Shown here: positions 55,830 through 63,699 of the stretch, piece by piece
Position numbering within the stretch: position 1 is the first letter of the stretch
Layout: every line of letters starts with the position of its first letter
DNA from: Marinobacter sp.
GTDB taxonomy: Bacteria; Pseudomonadota; Gammaproteobacteria; Pseudomonadales; Oleiphilaceae
Assembly: GCA_040223075.1 (NCBI GenBank)
Contig: JAVJZJ010000172.1
Coordinates: forward strand, 14,114-78,113
Direction: 5' to 3'
Length of the DNA: 64,000 nucleotides
The notes under the pieces: generated by a model
The model's input: the letters and a program-made list of their open reading frames with translations, nothing else
Database searches by the model: none
Told to the model about the DNA's origin: nothing
Position numbers and translations under genes: made by a program

Positions 55830-56146
55830 TGGCACAGTTCGATGTATACCCCAACCCAAGCAAAACCAGCAAAGCGCACTACCCTTACCTTGTCGATATT
55901 CAGAACAGCCTGCTGAGCGAACTGGCAACTCGCATCGTCATCCCGCTGGGAAAACGCTCCGCATTTGGTGGTGAAGCGATGCGGGGAGTCACGCCGGAAA
56001 TCAGCTTTGCAGACCAAGAGCTTCTTCTTTTAACCCCGCAAATTTCCTCTGTTTCTGAAAAGCATCTCAAAAACCCGATTGGCTCTCTATCACATTTCAG
56101 AGACCAGATTGTTGGAGCCTTGGACATGGCTATCACCGGCATTTAA
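55829..56146 (+). CDS. ccdB: Type II toxin CcdB (gyrase poison family)
   Basis: 105 aa. MAQFDVYPNPSKTSKAHYPYLVDIQNSLLSELATRIVIPL... is a typical CcdB N-terminus (QFxVY.N......PY.vdvQ), and the protein ends ...ALDMAITGI. Confidence 0.85.
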   Translation: MAQFDVYPNPSKTSKAHYPYLVDIQNSLLSELATRIVIPLGKRSAFGGEAMRGVTPEISFADQELLLLTPQISSVSEKHLKNPIGSLSHFRDQIVGALDMAITGI

Positions 56147-56212
56147 CGCATTGCTCACCGGTAAATTGCGAGCGAAGCGAGTAATTTATCCGCGTGCAGC
56201 AGATTGTTATGC
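56141..56212 (-). repeat. attC-like site (72 bp) closing the DUF418 cassette
   Basis: On the minus strand it reads GCATAAC (R'', 56212->56206) ... G|TTAAAT (R', 56147->56141; GTTAAAT is a perfect GTTRRRY). The L-stem pairs ATTGCTCACCGGTAAATT with AATTTA[T]CCG[C]GTG[C]AGCA[G]AT, with the extra bases again on the R'' side. The loop is 15 nt. R' overlaps the ccdB stop codon. Confidence 0.65.
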
Positions 56213-56217
56213 CACGA

Positions 56218-57348
56218 TCAACTTCCACTAATTTTCCGCAGAACCGGCTCTAATGGGCCTCGCCCGAAGATTTTGGTACAAACACCCACTAACATCATAG
56301 CAATAAGCGCGATTATCAAAGAAACTGGAATCAATGCCGCATGACCGAGTGAGTGAAAGAACCCCAAACCATAGGCACCGAATACAAACCCAGTCAGCAC
56401 CCCTTGAGCAACATAGGATGACAGAGAATTTTGCCCGGCAAGTACCAGCAAATTTGGCACTTTTATCATTCTTGAAAGACGAATGAAGATATATAGGTAA
56501 ACCAGAGAAAGAGCAGGTGCACCGATGGCTATTAAAGAAAACCCAAGTAAATATAATATTTCGTAAGTTTCCGGAAAAATGCCGCCTACAACAGCAGCGT
56601 ACAAAGCGTTCAAAGGCAAAGCAATTATTATTAGAAGTGGCAGGCGCTGTTGAATCAGATTAAACCCTTCGCTGTTTTTAGAGAAAAAATCTGTTTTAGC
56701 TGCGGCCAAACCCACCGCAAAAGCACTAAGGGCTAACGGTCCTTGGAGGAGAACTAAAAATCCGAGAGTTATAGGCCAGTCCGAAAATCTTGCCTGGGTT
56801 GCCTCAAGAAAACCGCCTCCGAGGTTTGCGTTTCCAATCGCGGCAAATGAATTAGCTTTGTCAGTCATCACGGCATCAATGAGCACCGCAATTATTGTGA
56901 GAAAAACCATACTCAATGGCAGCATCCAAGCCGCGAACTTGATTAATTTCCGAGGAGGAAAATCCTTTATCAACCAAAGAAATAATCCCAACAGCGCATA
57001 TAAGACTAAAATATCACCACTAAACACCAATATTGCATGAAAGACGCCTATAATAGCCAGCCCGAGCATTCTTCGGAAATAACGCTTTGAAAACGACTGT
57101 CCTTTCGACTCTGCAGACCTTGATTGAATGGCCATACCCCAACCAAAAATAAAGGAAAACAGGATGAAAAATTTTAACTGAAGAAAACACTCCACCAGAA
57201 ATGCCGCAGATTTGTCGTAAAAACTATCAGGGGGAATAAACACAGATTCTACTGGCAACGCCATAAATGGCACATTTACAACACATATACCAACCAGTGC
57301 AGCCATTCTGATTATGTCAACTTCATTACTTCGTGGCAGAGTGTTCAT
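56218..57348 (-). CDS. DUF418 (YeiB-like) polytopic membrane protein, cassette-borne
   Basis: 376-aa AT-rich ORF. Its N-terminus DIIRMAALVGICVVNVPFMA and overall pattern are typical of DUF418/YeiB proteins. Confidence 0.8.
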   Translation of the reverse strand: MNTLPRSNEVDIIRMAALVGICVVNVPFMALPVESVFIPPDSFYDKSAAFLVECFLQLKFFILFSFIFGWGMAIQSRSAESKGQSFSKRYFRRMLGLAIIGVFHAILVFSGDILVLYALLGLFLWLIKDFPPRKLIKFAAWMLPLSMVFLTIIAVLIDAVMTDKANSFAAIGNANLGGGFLEATQARFSDWPITLGFLVLLQGPLALSAFAVGLAAAKTDFFSKNSEGFNLIQQRLPLLIIIALPLNALYAAVVGGIFPETYEILYLLGFSLIAIGAPALSLVYLYIFIRLSRMIKVPNLLVLAGQNSLSSYVAQGVLTGFVFGAYGLGFFHSLGHAALIPVSLIIALIAMMLVGVCTKIFGRGPLEPVLRKISGS

Positions 57349-57424
57349 GATATGGTTTCTCTTCAGACATAGCGCTTTGGTTTAGCGGCGGCCCGCCAGG
57401 GGCGTCCGGTGGACTGGGGGAAGT

Positions 57425-57453
57425 GCATAACGTACTGGAATAACTGGTTATGT
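57425..57453 (-). repeat. Vestigial 29-bp attC (R boxes only) between the glyoxalase and DUF418 cassettes
   Basis: On the minus strand it reads ACATAAC-CAGTTATTCCAGTAC-G|TTATGC. ACATAAC overlaps the glyoxalase stop and is the exact complement of GTTATGT, which opens that cassette at 57835. TTATGC is the exact complement partner of the GCATAAC R'' at 56212. The L boxes and loop are missing. Confidence 0.35.
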
Positions 57454-57813
57454 GGTTGTGCGCTCATTGAACAAAATTCTGTTTGAAAACGGATCTACCA
57501 CTTCGAATATCCTATCACCCCAAGGTGCCGTCGTGATCTCTGGCAGAGAATACGTATAACCTCGTGAACAAATTTCGCCGTGCAGGGCCTCAAGCTCATC
57601 AGTATTCACGAACGTTTTGGAACCGGGAGTACAATCTCCAGAGTGTTCACTGAGGTGGAAGACCAGTTCATCTCTAGAGACTTGCATATAGATAGGGAAG
57701 CCCGGCTCAAAGCGATGTTCCCAATCGAGCGACATACCGAGGAAGTCCAAGTAGAACTCTTTGGCCTTAGACTCATCGAAGATTCGGATGATTGTAATGG
57801 CTTGAAATTGCAT
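57448..57813 (-). CDS. VOC / glyoxalase-bleomycin-resistance family protein, cassette-borne
   Basis: The start at 57813 (MQFQAITIIRIFDESKAKEFYLDFLGMSLDWEH...) was chosen. The 121-aa product follows the single-domain VOC pattern (...VFHLSEHSGD...APWGDRIFEVVDPFSNRILF). Confidence 0.8.
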   Translation of the reverse strand: MQFQAITIIRIFDESKAKEFYLDFLGMSLDWEHRFEPGFPIYMQVSRDELVFHLSEHSGDCTPGSKTFVNTDELEALHGEICSRGYTYSLPEITTAPWGDRIFEVVDPFSNRILFNERTTT

Positions 57814-57828
57814 CCATGCTCTCCTTCC

Positions 57829-57912
57829 ACATAACGCTGCCAACACGCGCAGTTTTGTAGTGGAGGCGTAGCCGCAACGGAAAAGCTGTCGCTGTGCTTG
57901 GCCTGGTTATGC
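57829..57912 (-). repeat. attC-like site (84 bp) closing the HEPN cassette
   Basis: On the minus strand it reads GCATAAC (R'', 57912->57906, 3 nt after the HEPN stop) ... G|TTATGT (57835->57829). The L-stem pairs GCCAACACGCGCAG with CTG[T]CGC[T]GTG[C]TTGGC, with three extra bases on the R'' side. There is a 3-nt unpaired spacer next to the R boxes and a 33-nt loop. Confidence 0.65.
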
Positions 57913-57915
57913 CCA

Positions 57916-58523
57916 TTACCTGATTCTGCTATGAGGTACACCGATACTATCCGCGACTTTTCTTAATGTGACTTGCTCAAGACGCTCGATAAGATCATTA
58001 GCATGTTTAAAGCTGTCTTCTCGCCACAACTCTATTTTTAATACCATGGGATCTGACTGGTCGTCGATAGGCTGAAGCTGAAGATCATCAATCAGTTTTT
58101 GCTCCCTTCGCTCTCCACCGAACGGGCGATAAAGCATATAGCCTCTACCAACGGAAACATGAGCATGTGCAACCATATTTCTGAGGTGGTAAAGCTCCTC
58201 AACGTCTCTTTTCTCATCATCTGCAAGAATATCCGAGAAAGCTTCCTTGATTTATTCTTTACTGAACCGAACTGCTTTTCCCAGTAGGAAACCCTGATGC
58301 TATGGAACTCTGGAGGAACTCGAGTCGGGTTCTTTACGAAGTCGGAAATCAAATTTGTGTTGTTCTTAAATATAATTAGATCCGACATCTGGCCTTGCAG
58401 CCATGCTGTGAACATAAAAATGATACCAGCATTCACCATGTTCTTTTCAGGTGTTTCCATATGCACCCCGTAAGGCATAACATTTGTATATGAGTCTGAA
58501 TGATCACTTTTCCACTGACTCAT
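57916..58523 (-). pseudogene. HEPN-domain protein gene with a -1/+1 frameshift (cassette-borne)
   Basis: Track ORFs 58092..58523 and 57916..58176 join as ...YWEKQFGSVKNK|IKEAFSDILADDEKRDVEELYHLRNMVAHAHVSVGRG... if one A is added to the A3 run at 58251-58253 (coding strand). The downstream frame is closed by a TAA immediately 5' of IKEAF. RNMVAH is an Rx4H HEPN active-site motif. Confidence 0.6.
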
Positions 58524-58761
58524 ATCTCAATTCAACGATTACCCAAAACTAGGCAGAAAATCCCGTCAGGTCAATAAGTTCTGACTGCTTTCCTGACCGC
58601 CGTCCCAAACAAAAATGATCACAAAGACGACTATCCACTTTTTCAGCCACCTCGCCATCCCATTGACCTAGAATGGGAAATTACGGGCTTCAACAAACTC
58701 ACTCAGTTCATGGTCGAAATGATCATTTTTCCAATTGCCACCCATCGGTACTGCGCATAAG

Positions 58762-58777
58762 CTGTATTAATATACAG
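58762..58777. promoter_or_regulatory. LexA (SOS) box upstream of the intI remnant
   Basis: CTGTATTAATATACAG matches CTGT-N8-ACAG. It is embedded in a longer palindrome AAGCTGTAT-TAAT-ATACAGCTT and ends 20 nt upstream of the intI ATG. Confidence 0.65.
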
Positions 58778-58797
58778 CTTCAAAAGGATTTGTACTG

Positions 58798-58990
58798 ATG
58801 GATGACATTCCAGTCCCACTGCCGGCTATCCCGACCCGGTTTATGGATCGATTCCGCGCATTTATTCGCGCCCGGCACCTGGCTTATCGCACTGAAAAAA
58901 CCTACTGCAACTGGGTAAGAGAATTTATCCGGTTTCATGACAAGCGCCATCCAGAATCCATGGGGTCGGAAGAGGTCAATGCCTGGATGC
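58798..58990 (+). pseudogene. intI: Integron integrase, N-terminal ~62 codons only (delta-intI)
   Basis: MDDIPVPLPAIPTRFMDRFRAFIRARHLAYRTEKTYCNWVREFIRFHDKRHPESMGSEEVNAW aligns with IntI1 as I remember it (...[51 protein letters not shown]). Similarity stops at about 58985, a few nt from the bluB stop (58993). The ORF then runs 9 unrelated codons to a stop. Confidence 0.8.
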
Positions 58991-58992
58991 CT

Positions 58993-59703
58993 TCAGTTCC
59001 GTTCCTGTTCTTTTAATGCTGCCTTCAACTCGAGGTCTTCCTGCGGCTGCCCCCAGCCGTTGCCATGCACCAGCTCCTCGATTGGCAGCCGTGACCGCCA
59101 GCCCTTGGCTTGCAGTTCCGGCTGGTCGAGGAATTCGCTGACATACCCCAGGCACAGGTAGGCCAGCGGGTACACCTGTTCCGGCAGGTTTAGCGTGTTG
59201 GCCAGCTTCTGCTGGTCCAGAATGCTGACCCAACCCACGCCGATGCCTTCGGCGCGGGCAGCCAGCCACAGGTTCTGGACCGCCAGGCAGGTGCTGAACA
59301 GGTCGGTTTCGACGATGGTGTTGCGGCCCAGCACGTGGGTGCCACCGCGGCTGCGGTCGCAGGTGATGCAGAGGTTGATGGGGCTTTCGAGGATGCCCTG
59401 GAGTTTCAGGTTCTTGTAGCGGGTATTGCGCTCGCCGCTGTAGTTGTCGGCGGCCTTGCGGTTTTCTTCCTCGAAGATGTCGAGGACGGACTGGCGCACC
59501 TCGATGCTGTCGATAACGATAAAGTCCCACGGCTGCATGAAGCCCACGGACGGGGCGTGGTGCGCGGCGGTGAGCAGGCGCGCCAGGACGTCCGACGGGA
59601 TCGGGTCGGGGAGGAACTGGGAGCGGACATCCCGCCGTTCGTAGATGGCGCGGTAGAGGCCCTGGCGCTCTTCGTCGCTGAAGGGGCGGTTGTGGTCGGT
59701 CAT
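58993..59703 (-). CDS. bluB: 5,6-dimethylbenzimidazole synthase (BluB, nitroreductase fold)
   Basis: 236-aa ORF. YERRDVRSQFLPDPIPSDVLARLLTAAHHAPSVGFMQPWDFIVI is the BluB signature region. Confidence 0.85.
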   Translation of the reverse strand: MTDHNRPFSDEERQGLYRAIYERRDVRSQFLPDPIPSDVLARLLTAAHHAPSVGFMQPWDFIVIDSIEVRQSVLDIFEEENRKAADNYSGERNTRYKNLKLQGILESPINLCITCDRSRGGTHVLGRNTIVETDLFSTCLAVQNLWLAARAEGIGVGWVSILDQQKLANTLNLPEQVYPLAYLCLGYVSEFLDQPELQAKGWRSRLPIEELVHGNGWGQPQEDLELKAALKEQERN

Positions 59704-59742
59704 TGATTGTGGGGTCCTGGTTGGGTGTCGGGTTACGCTGCG

Positions 59743-61257
59743 CTAACCCGACCTACGTTTGGTTCGGTCGTCTGCGTTGGTGATTTGTTTTCCCAAGCCC
59801 AGCAGGTTGCGTAGCCAGTCTGTGTCGAGATGGTCTTCCACCAGGTCTGCCAATCGGTCCAGTTGTTGTTGGCGGTGGTGCTGGTAATTCACAGCCGTGC
59901 CGGCCAGCTCCGGGTCGGTACCCAGGCCTGCCCAGTGTAGAATCGCGGTGCAGGCTTCCGGTTGATCGAAGATACCGTGAACGTAGGTGCCCGCGACCAG
60001 ACCATCCTCGCTGATGGCACCGTCCGGCTTGCCATCCAGTTCAGCCATGGGGGATGCCAGAGCAGGCCCGGTGGTGACACCGTTATGCATTTCATAGCCG
60101 GTGAGGACGACTTTATCCCGGCCAATCTTGAGTGTGCCGGTCACGTTCTTTAACTGTTTACCGTCCACCATGCGTGTGGTCATGTCTAGCCAGCCCAGAC
60201 CTTCGGTGTTGCCGGCCTCGCCCTCCAGTCCGTCCGGGTCCTGCACCTCGGTACCGAGCATCTGAAAACCACCGCAGACGGCAAAGACCTTTCCGCCGTA
60301 TCGCAGGTGTTTTCGGATGGCCTCGGGCCAACCCTGGGTTTTCAGCCATTGCAAATCGTGGCGGGTGCTTTTGCTGCCAGGCAAAAGGATCAGGTCCGCC
60401 GGAGGAATGGGCTGGTCGGGGCCGATAAACTGGAGATTAACCCCGGGGTGCAGGCGTAGGGGGTCGAAGTCGTTGTGGTTGCTGATGCGGGGCAGCACCG
60501 GGACGATCACATTCAGCGCGCCTGCCTCGCTGGCGCCGCTGGTGCCCACGCTGTCTTCGGCGTCGATCACCAGCCCGTGCAGGTAAGGCAGCACACCCGT
60601 CACGGGCTTTCCGGTGCGTTCGGCCAGCCAGTCCAGGCCCGGCTCCAGCAGGCCGATATCGCCGCGAAAGCGGTTGATGATAAAGCCTTGGGTGCGTGCC
60701 CGTTCGCTGTCGGAGATCAGTTCCAGGGTGCCTACCAGTTGCGCAAATACGCCGCCCTTGTCGATATCACCCACCAGTAACACCGGGCAGTCCGCCGCTT
60801 CGGCGAAGCCCATGTTGGCGATGTCATTGGTGCGCAGGTTGATCTCGGCGGGGCTGCCGGCGCCTTCGGCGATGATCACGTCGTAGCGGGCGCTCAGGGC
60901 ACGCCACGCATCCATCACCGACGCCATCGCTTCCGCCTTGTAGGCGTGGTAATCCAGCGCGTCCATGTTGCCGTGGACCCTGCCCCGCAGGATCACCTGC
61001 GCGCCGCAGTCACTCTGGGGTTTGAGCAGCACCGGGTTCATGTCGCTGTGAGGCTCCAGACCACAGGCCAGTGCCTGCAGGGCCGTGGAACGGCCGATTT
61101 CACCGCCGTCGGCGGTGACTGCGCTGTTCAGGGCCATATTCTGGGGCTTGAAGGGCGCCACGGACACGCCCTGGCGCGCCAACCACCGGCACAGGGCGGC
61201 CACCACCGTGGTCTTGCCGGCGTCGGAGGTGGTGCCCTGAATCATCAGTGTGGTCAT
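59743..61257 (-). CDS. cobQ: Cobyric acid synthase
   Basis: 504-aa ORF. The N-terminus [41 protein letters not shown] matches CobQ, and the C-terminus has a glutamine amidotransferase region (GGFQMLG). Confidence 0.9.
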   Translation of the reverse strand: MTTLMIQGTTSDAGKTTVVAALCRWLARQGVSVAPFKPQNMALNSAVTADGGEIGRSTALQALACGLEPHSDMNPVLLKPQSDCGAQVILRGRVHGNMDALDYHAYKAEAMASVMDAWRALSARYDVIIAEGAGSPAEINLRTNDIANMGFAEAADCPVLLVGDIDKGGVFAQLVGTLELISDSERARTQGFIINRFRGDIGLLEPGLDWLAERTGKPVTGVLPYLHGLVIDAEDSVGTSGASEAGALNVIVPVLPRISNHNDFDPLRLHPGVNLQFIGPDQPIPPADLILLPGSKSTRHDLQWLKTQGWPEAIRKHLRYGGKVFAVCGGFQMLGTEVQDPDGLEGEAGNTEGLGWLDMTTRMVDGKQLKNVTGTLKIGRDKVVLTGYEMHNGVTTGPALASPMAELDGKPDGAISEDGLVAGTYVHGIFDQPEACTAILHWAGLGTDPELAGTAVNYQHHRQQQLDRLADLVEDHLDTDWLRNLLGLGKQITNADDRTKRRSG

Positions 61258-61270
61258 GGGGTCCAGCCTG

Positions 61271-61882
61271 TTACAGCTCTACGCCTTTCTGGGCTTTCAC
61301 GCCCTGGTCCTTGAAGGCGTGTTTAACCACGCCCATTTCCGTCACCGTGTCCGCCAGGTCCACCAGCTCCTTCGGTGCCGAGCGGCCGGTGACCACCACA
61401 TGCTGCATTTCCGACCGGGCCTGCAGATCATCCAGTACCCGGTCCAGATCGATGTAGTCGTATTTCAGGGCGATGTTGAGTTCGTCCAGCAGGATCAGAT
61501 CATAACTGTCGTCCTTCAGCATGGCGGCGGCGACATCCCAGGCGGCATTGGCGGCTTCCACGTCCTGTTCCCGGTTCTTGGTGTCCCAGGTGTAACCCTG
61601 GCCCATGACGTGGTAATCCACGTTGGGCAGATCCCGGAAGAAGGCTTCCTCACCGGTGCTGAAAGCGCCTTTGATGAACTGGACGATGCCCACCTTCATG
61701 CCATGACCGAGGGCCCGTGCCACCATGCCAAAACCTGAGCTGCTCTTGCCCTTGCCAGGCCCGGTGAGTACCAGCAACACGCCCTGCTCTTTCTGGGCGT
61801 TGGCGATGCGCTCCTGCATGATTTTCTGTTTGGCTTCCATGCGGCGGGCATGGCGTTCGGGATCTTTGGCGCGTTCACGCAT
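61271..61882 (-). CDS. cobO: Cob(I)yrinic acid a,c-diamide adenosyltransferase (CobO/BtuR type)
   Basis: The ATG at 61882 (MRERAKD...) has AAGGAG 7 nt upstream. It has a P-loop [13 protein letters not shown], plus FIKG and DELN blocks. Confidence 0.85.
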   Translation of the reverse strand: MRERAKDPERHARRMEAKQKIMQERIANAQKEQGVLLVLTGPGKGKSSSGFGMVARALGHGMKVGIVQFIKGAFSTGEEAFFRDLPNVDYHVMGQGYTWDTKNREQDVEAANAAWDVAAAMLKDDSYDLILLDELNIALKYDYIDLDRVLDDLQARSEMQHVVVTGRSAPKELVDLADTVTEMGVVKHAFKDQGVKAQKGVEL

Positions 61883-61942
61883 GGTCAGGCTCCTTGTCTG
61901 TGAGCGGGCGAATGGCCTGCCCATTGTCAGAAAATTCACAAT

Positions 61943-62713
61943 TCATGATTTAACCGGTACAAACACCGGCGCGCCATCGGCTTCCACGGTGATGAGTTTC
62001 TGGTCGTACAGGCGCTCCAGGGCCTCCGGCACCAGCATCTGCTCCGCGGGTCCCCAGCAGGCATCACCGTTGGGATACAGCAGTAACAGGTGGTCACACC
62101 AGCGGGCGGCCAGGTTCAGGTCATGTAGGCACATAAACACCGAGCGGCCTGAGCGGGCCTGGTCGGTCAATAACTGCAGTACCGACACCTGATGGTGCAT
62201 GTCCAGATGGTTGGTAGGCTCATCCAGCAGCCAGGTGTCCGGCGCCTGAGTCAGCACCGTGGCGATGGCCACGCGCTGGCGCTCGCCACCGGAAAGGGTA
62301 TTCACCAGGCGGTCACTCAAGTGGCCTACATCCAATTGGTCCAGCGCCTGCCGCGCGTAGCGCTCATCGTCCCCGGACTCCATCTGCCAGGGCGACAGCC
62401 ACGGGTGGCGGCCGATCAGCGCGGTTTCCAGTACCGTGGCCGGAAAGCCATCCTGCCGTTCCTGAAACACCAGCCCCAGTTGTTGTGAAATCCGCCGGCG
62501 CCGGAGCTCAGTCAGTGAGTGCTCACCTAAATGAACTGCCCCATGTCGCGGCGTCCGCAGGCCCGCCAGGGTATGCAGCAGCGTGGTCTTGCCGGCACCA
62601 TTCGGGCCCAGCACCCCCCACATCTGCCCCGGCTCCACCGTAAAATCCAGCGGCTGGCCGTCGCCACGGCCGGGAATACCGATCACCAACCCTTTTGCCC
62701 GTAACGGATTCAT
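61943..62713 (-). CDS. ABC transporter ATP-binding protein (FecE/BtuD type, probably cobalamin uptake)
   Basis: 256-aa ORF with Walker A GPNGAGKTT, signature LSGGERQRV and Walker B WLLDEPTNHLD. The context with cob genes suggests B12 import. Confidence 0.75.
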   Translation of the reverse strand: MNPLRAKGLVIGIPGRGDGQPLDFTVEPGQMWGVLGPNGAGKTTLLHTLAGLRTPRHGAVHLGEHSLTELRRRRISQQLGLVFQERQDGFPATVLETALIGRHPWLSPWQMESGDDERYARQALDQLDVGHLSDRLVNTLSGGERQRVAIATVLTQAPDTWLLDEPTNHLDMHHQVSVLQLLTDQARSGRSVFMCLHDLNLAARWCDHLLLLYPNGDACWGPAEQMLVPEALERLYDQKLITVEADGAPVFVPVKS

Positions 62714-63684
62714 CAGCGGCTCCGGTACAGCAGGTAAAGGAATGTGGGTACGCCCAGCAGCGCGGTGATCACCCCCACCGGCAGCTGTTCCGGCGCGATG
62801 ACCACCCGCGCCAGGGTATCCGCCAGCACCAGCAGGGTGCCGCCGGCCAGGGCGCAGGCGGGCAGGATCAGGCGCTGGTCGTTACCCAGCACCAGCCGCA
62901 GCATATGGGGCACTACCAGACCGACGAAACCGATACTGCCGGCCATGGTGACCGCAGTGGCCGTCAGCAGGCTGGCTAGGATGTAGATCGTCCACTCCAG
63001 CGGCCGCACAGCCACCCCCAAAGCGGCTGCCTGCATAGGCCCGCGCGCCAGCACATTCAGGCTGCGGCCCAGCGGCACCACCAGCAGACATACCAATAAC
63101 AGGAAGCCCAGAGCCGGCCAGGGCGAACGGGCGTAGGACACGTCCCCCATCAGCCAGTACAGCATGCCGGGCAAGCGCTGGGCGGGGCTGATGGCCAGCA
63201 TCAGGGTGATCACCGCGCCCCAGCCGGCGGCCACCACCACACCGGTTAACAGCAAACGGGACGGTGTCCAGCTGCCGGTGCCGTGGGCCAGGCCAAACAC
63301 CATCAGGGTGGCCAGCAGGGCGCCGGCAAAGGCCGAACCGGAAATGATCAAACCGCCCAGCCCGGCCAGCATGGCCAGCAGCGCACCCACGGCAGCGCCG
63401 CCTGAAAGACCGAGTACATAGGGGTCTGCCAGCGGGTTACGCAATAACACCTGCATCAGGGCCCCGGCCACCGCCAGCAGTCCACCCGTGGCAAATGCCG
63501 ATAAGGTTCGCGGCAATCGCAGCTCCAGCACCAGGGTTTGTTGCAGGTTACTGCCCTCCCCCAGAAGCACCGCCAGCACCTGCCCCGGCGCCACGCTGAC
63601 ACTGCCCGTGCCCACAGACAGCACCATCGCCGCCAGACTGGCCAGCGCCAGAATCAGCAGAGGCTTGAGCAGTGGCCGGCTCAC
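62713..63684 (-). CDS. FecCD/BtuC-type ABC permease
   Basis: 323-aa polytopic ORF with typical FecCD blocks (LELRLPRTLSAFATGGLLAVAGALMQ, GSIGFVGLVVPHMLR). Its stop overlaps the ATPase start by 1 nt. Confidence 0.8.
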   Translation of the reverse strand: MSRPLLKPLLILALASLAAMVLSVGTGSVSVAPGQVLAVLLGEGSNLQQTLVLELRLPRTLSAFATGGLLAVAGALMQVLLRNPLADPYVLGLSGGAAVGALLAMLAGLGGLIISGSAFAGALLATLMVFGLAHGTGSWTPSRLLLTGVVVAAGWGAVITLMLAISPAQRLPGMLYWLMGDVSYARSPWPALGFLLLVCLLVVPLGRSLNVLARGPMQAAALGVAVRPLEWTIYILASLLTATAVTMAGSIGFVGLVVPHMLRLVLGNDQRLILPACALAGGTLLVLADTLARVVIAPEQLPVGVITALLGVPTFLYLLYRSR

Positions 63685-63699
63685 GGGTGCAGTCTCCGG

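Larger units (their letters stand above)
55446..58990 (-). mobile_element. Decayed chromosomal integron: truncated intI, LexA box and a cassette array read on the minus strand
   Basis: See the component features. The N-terminal intI fragment (plus strand) is divergent from minus-oriented cassettes separated by attC-like imperfect palindromes. The R'' boxes of those sites match the first six bases of their own cassettes. GC was about 39% in a 100-nt sample at 56521-56620, against about 60% in flanking core genes. Confidence 0.7.

Noticed and set aside
57380-57424. GC-rich imperfect palindrome (GTTTAGC ggcggcccgccaggggcgtccggtggac ... GCATAAC) considered as another attC
   Set aside because: The order of the core-like boxes is inverted (GTT... 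first and ...AAC last on both strands). The GCATAAC end is already accounted for as the start of the DUF418 cassette. I treat it as cassette leader sequence of unknown role.
58976-59706. 184-aa minus-strand and 123-aa plus-strand ORFs overlapping bluB
   Set aside because: They are alternative-frame or antisense shadows of bluB with Arg/Pro/Gly-rich translations.
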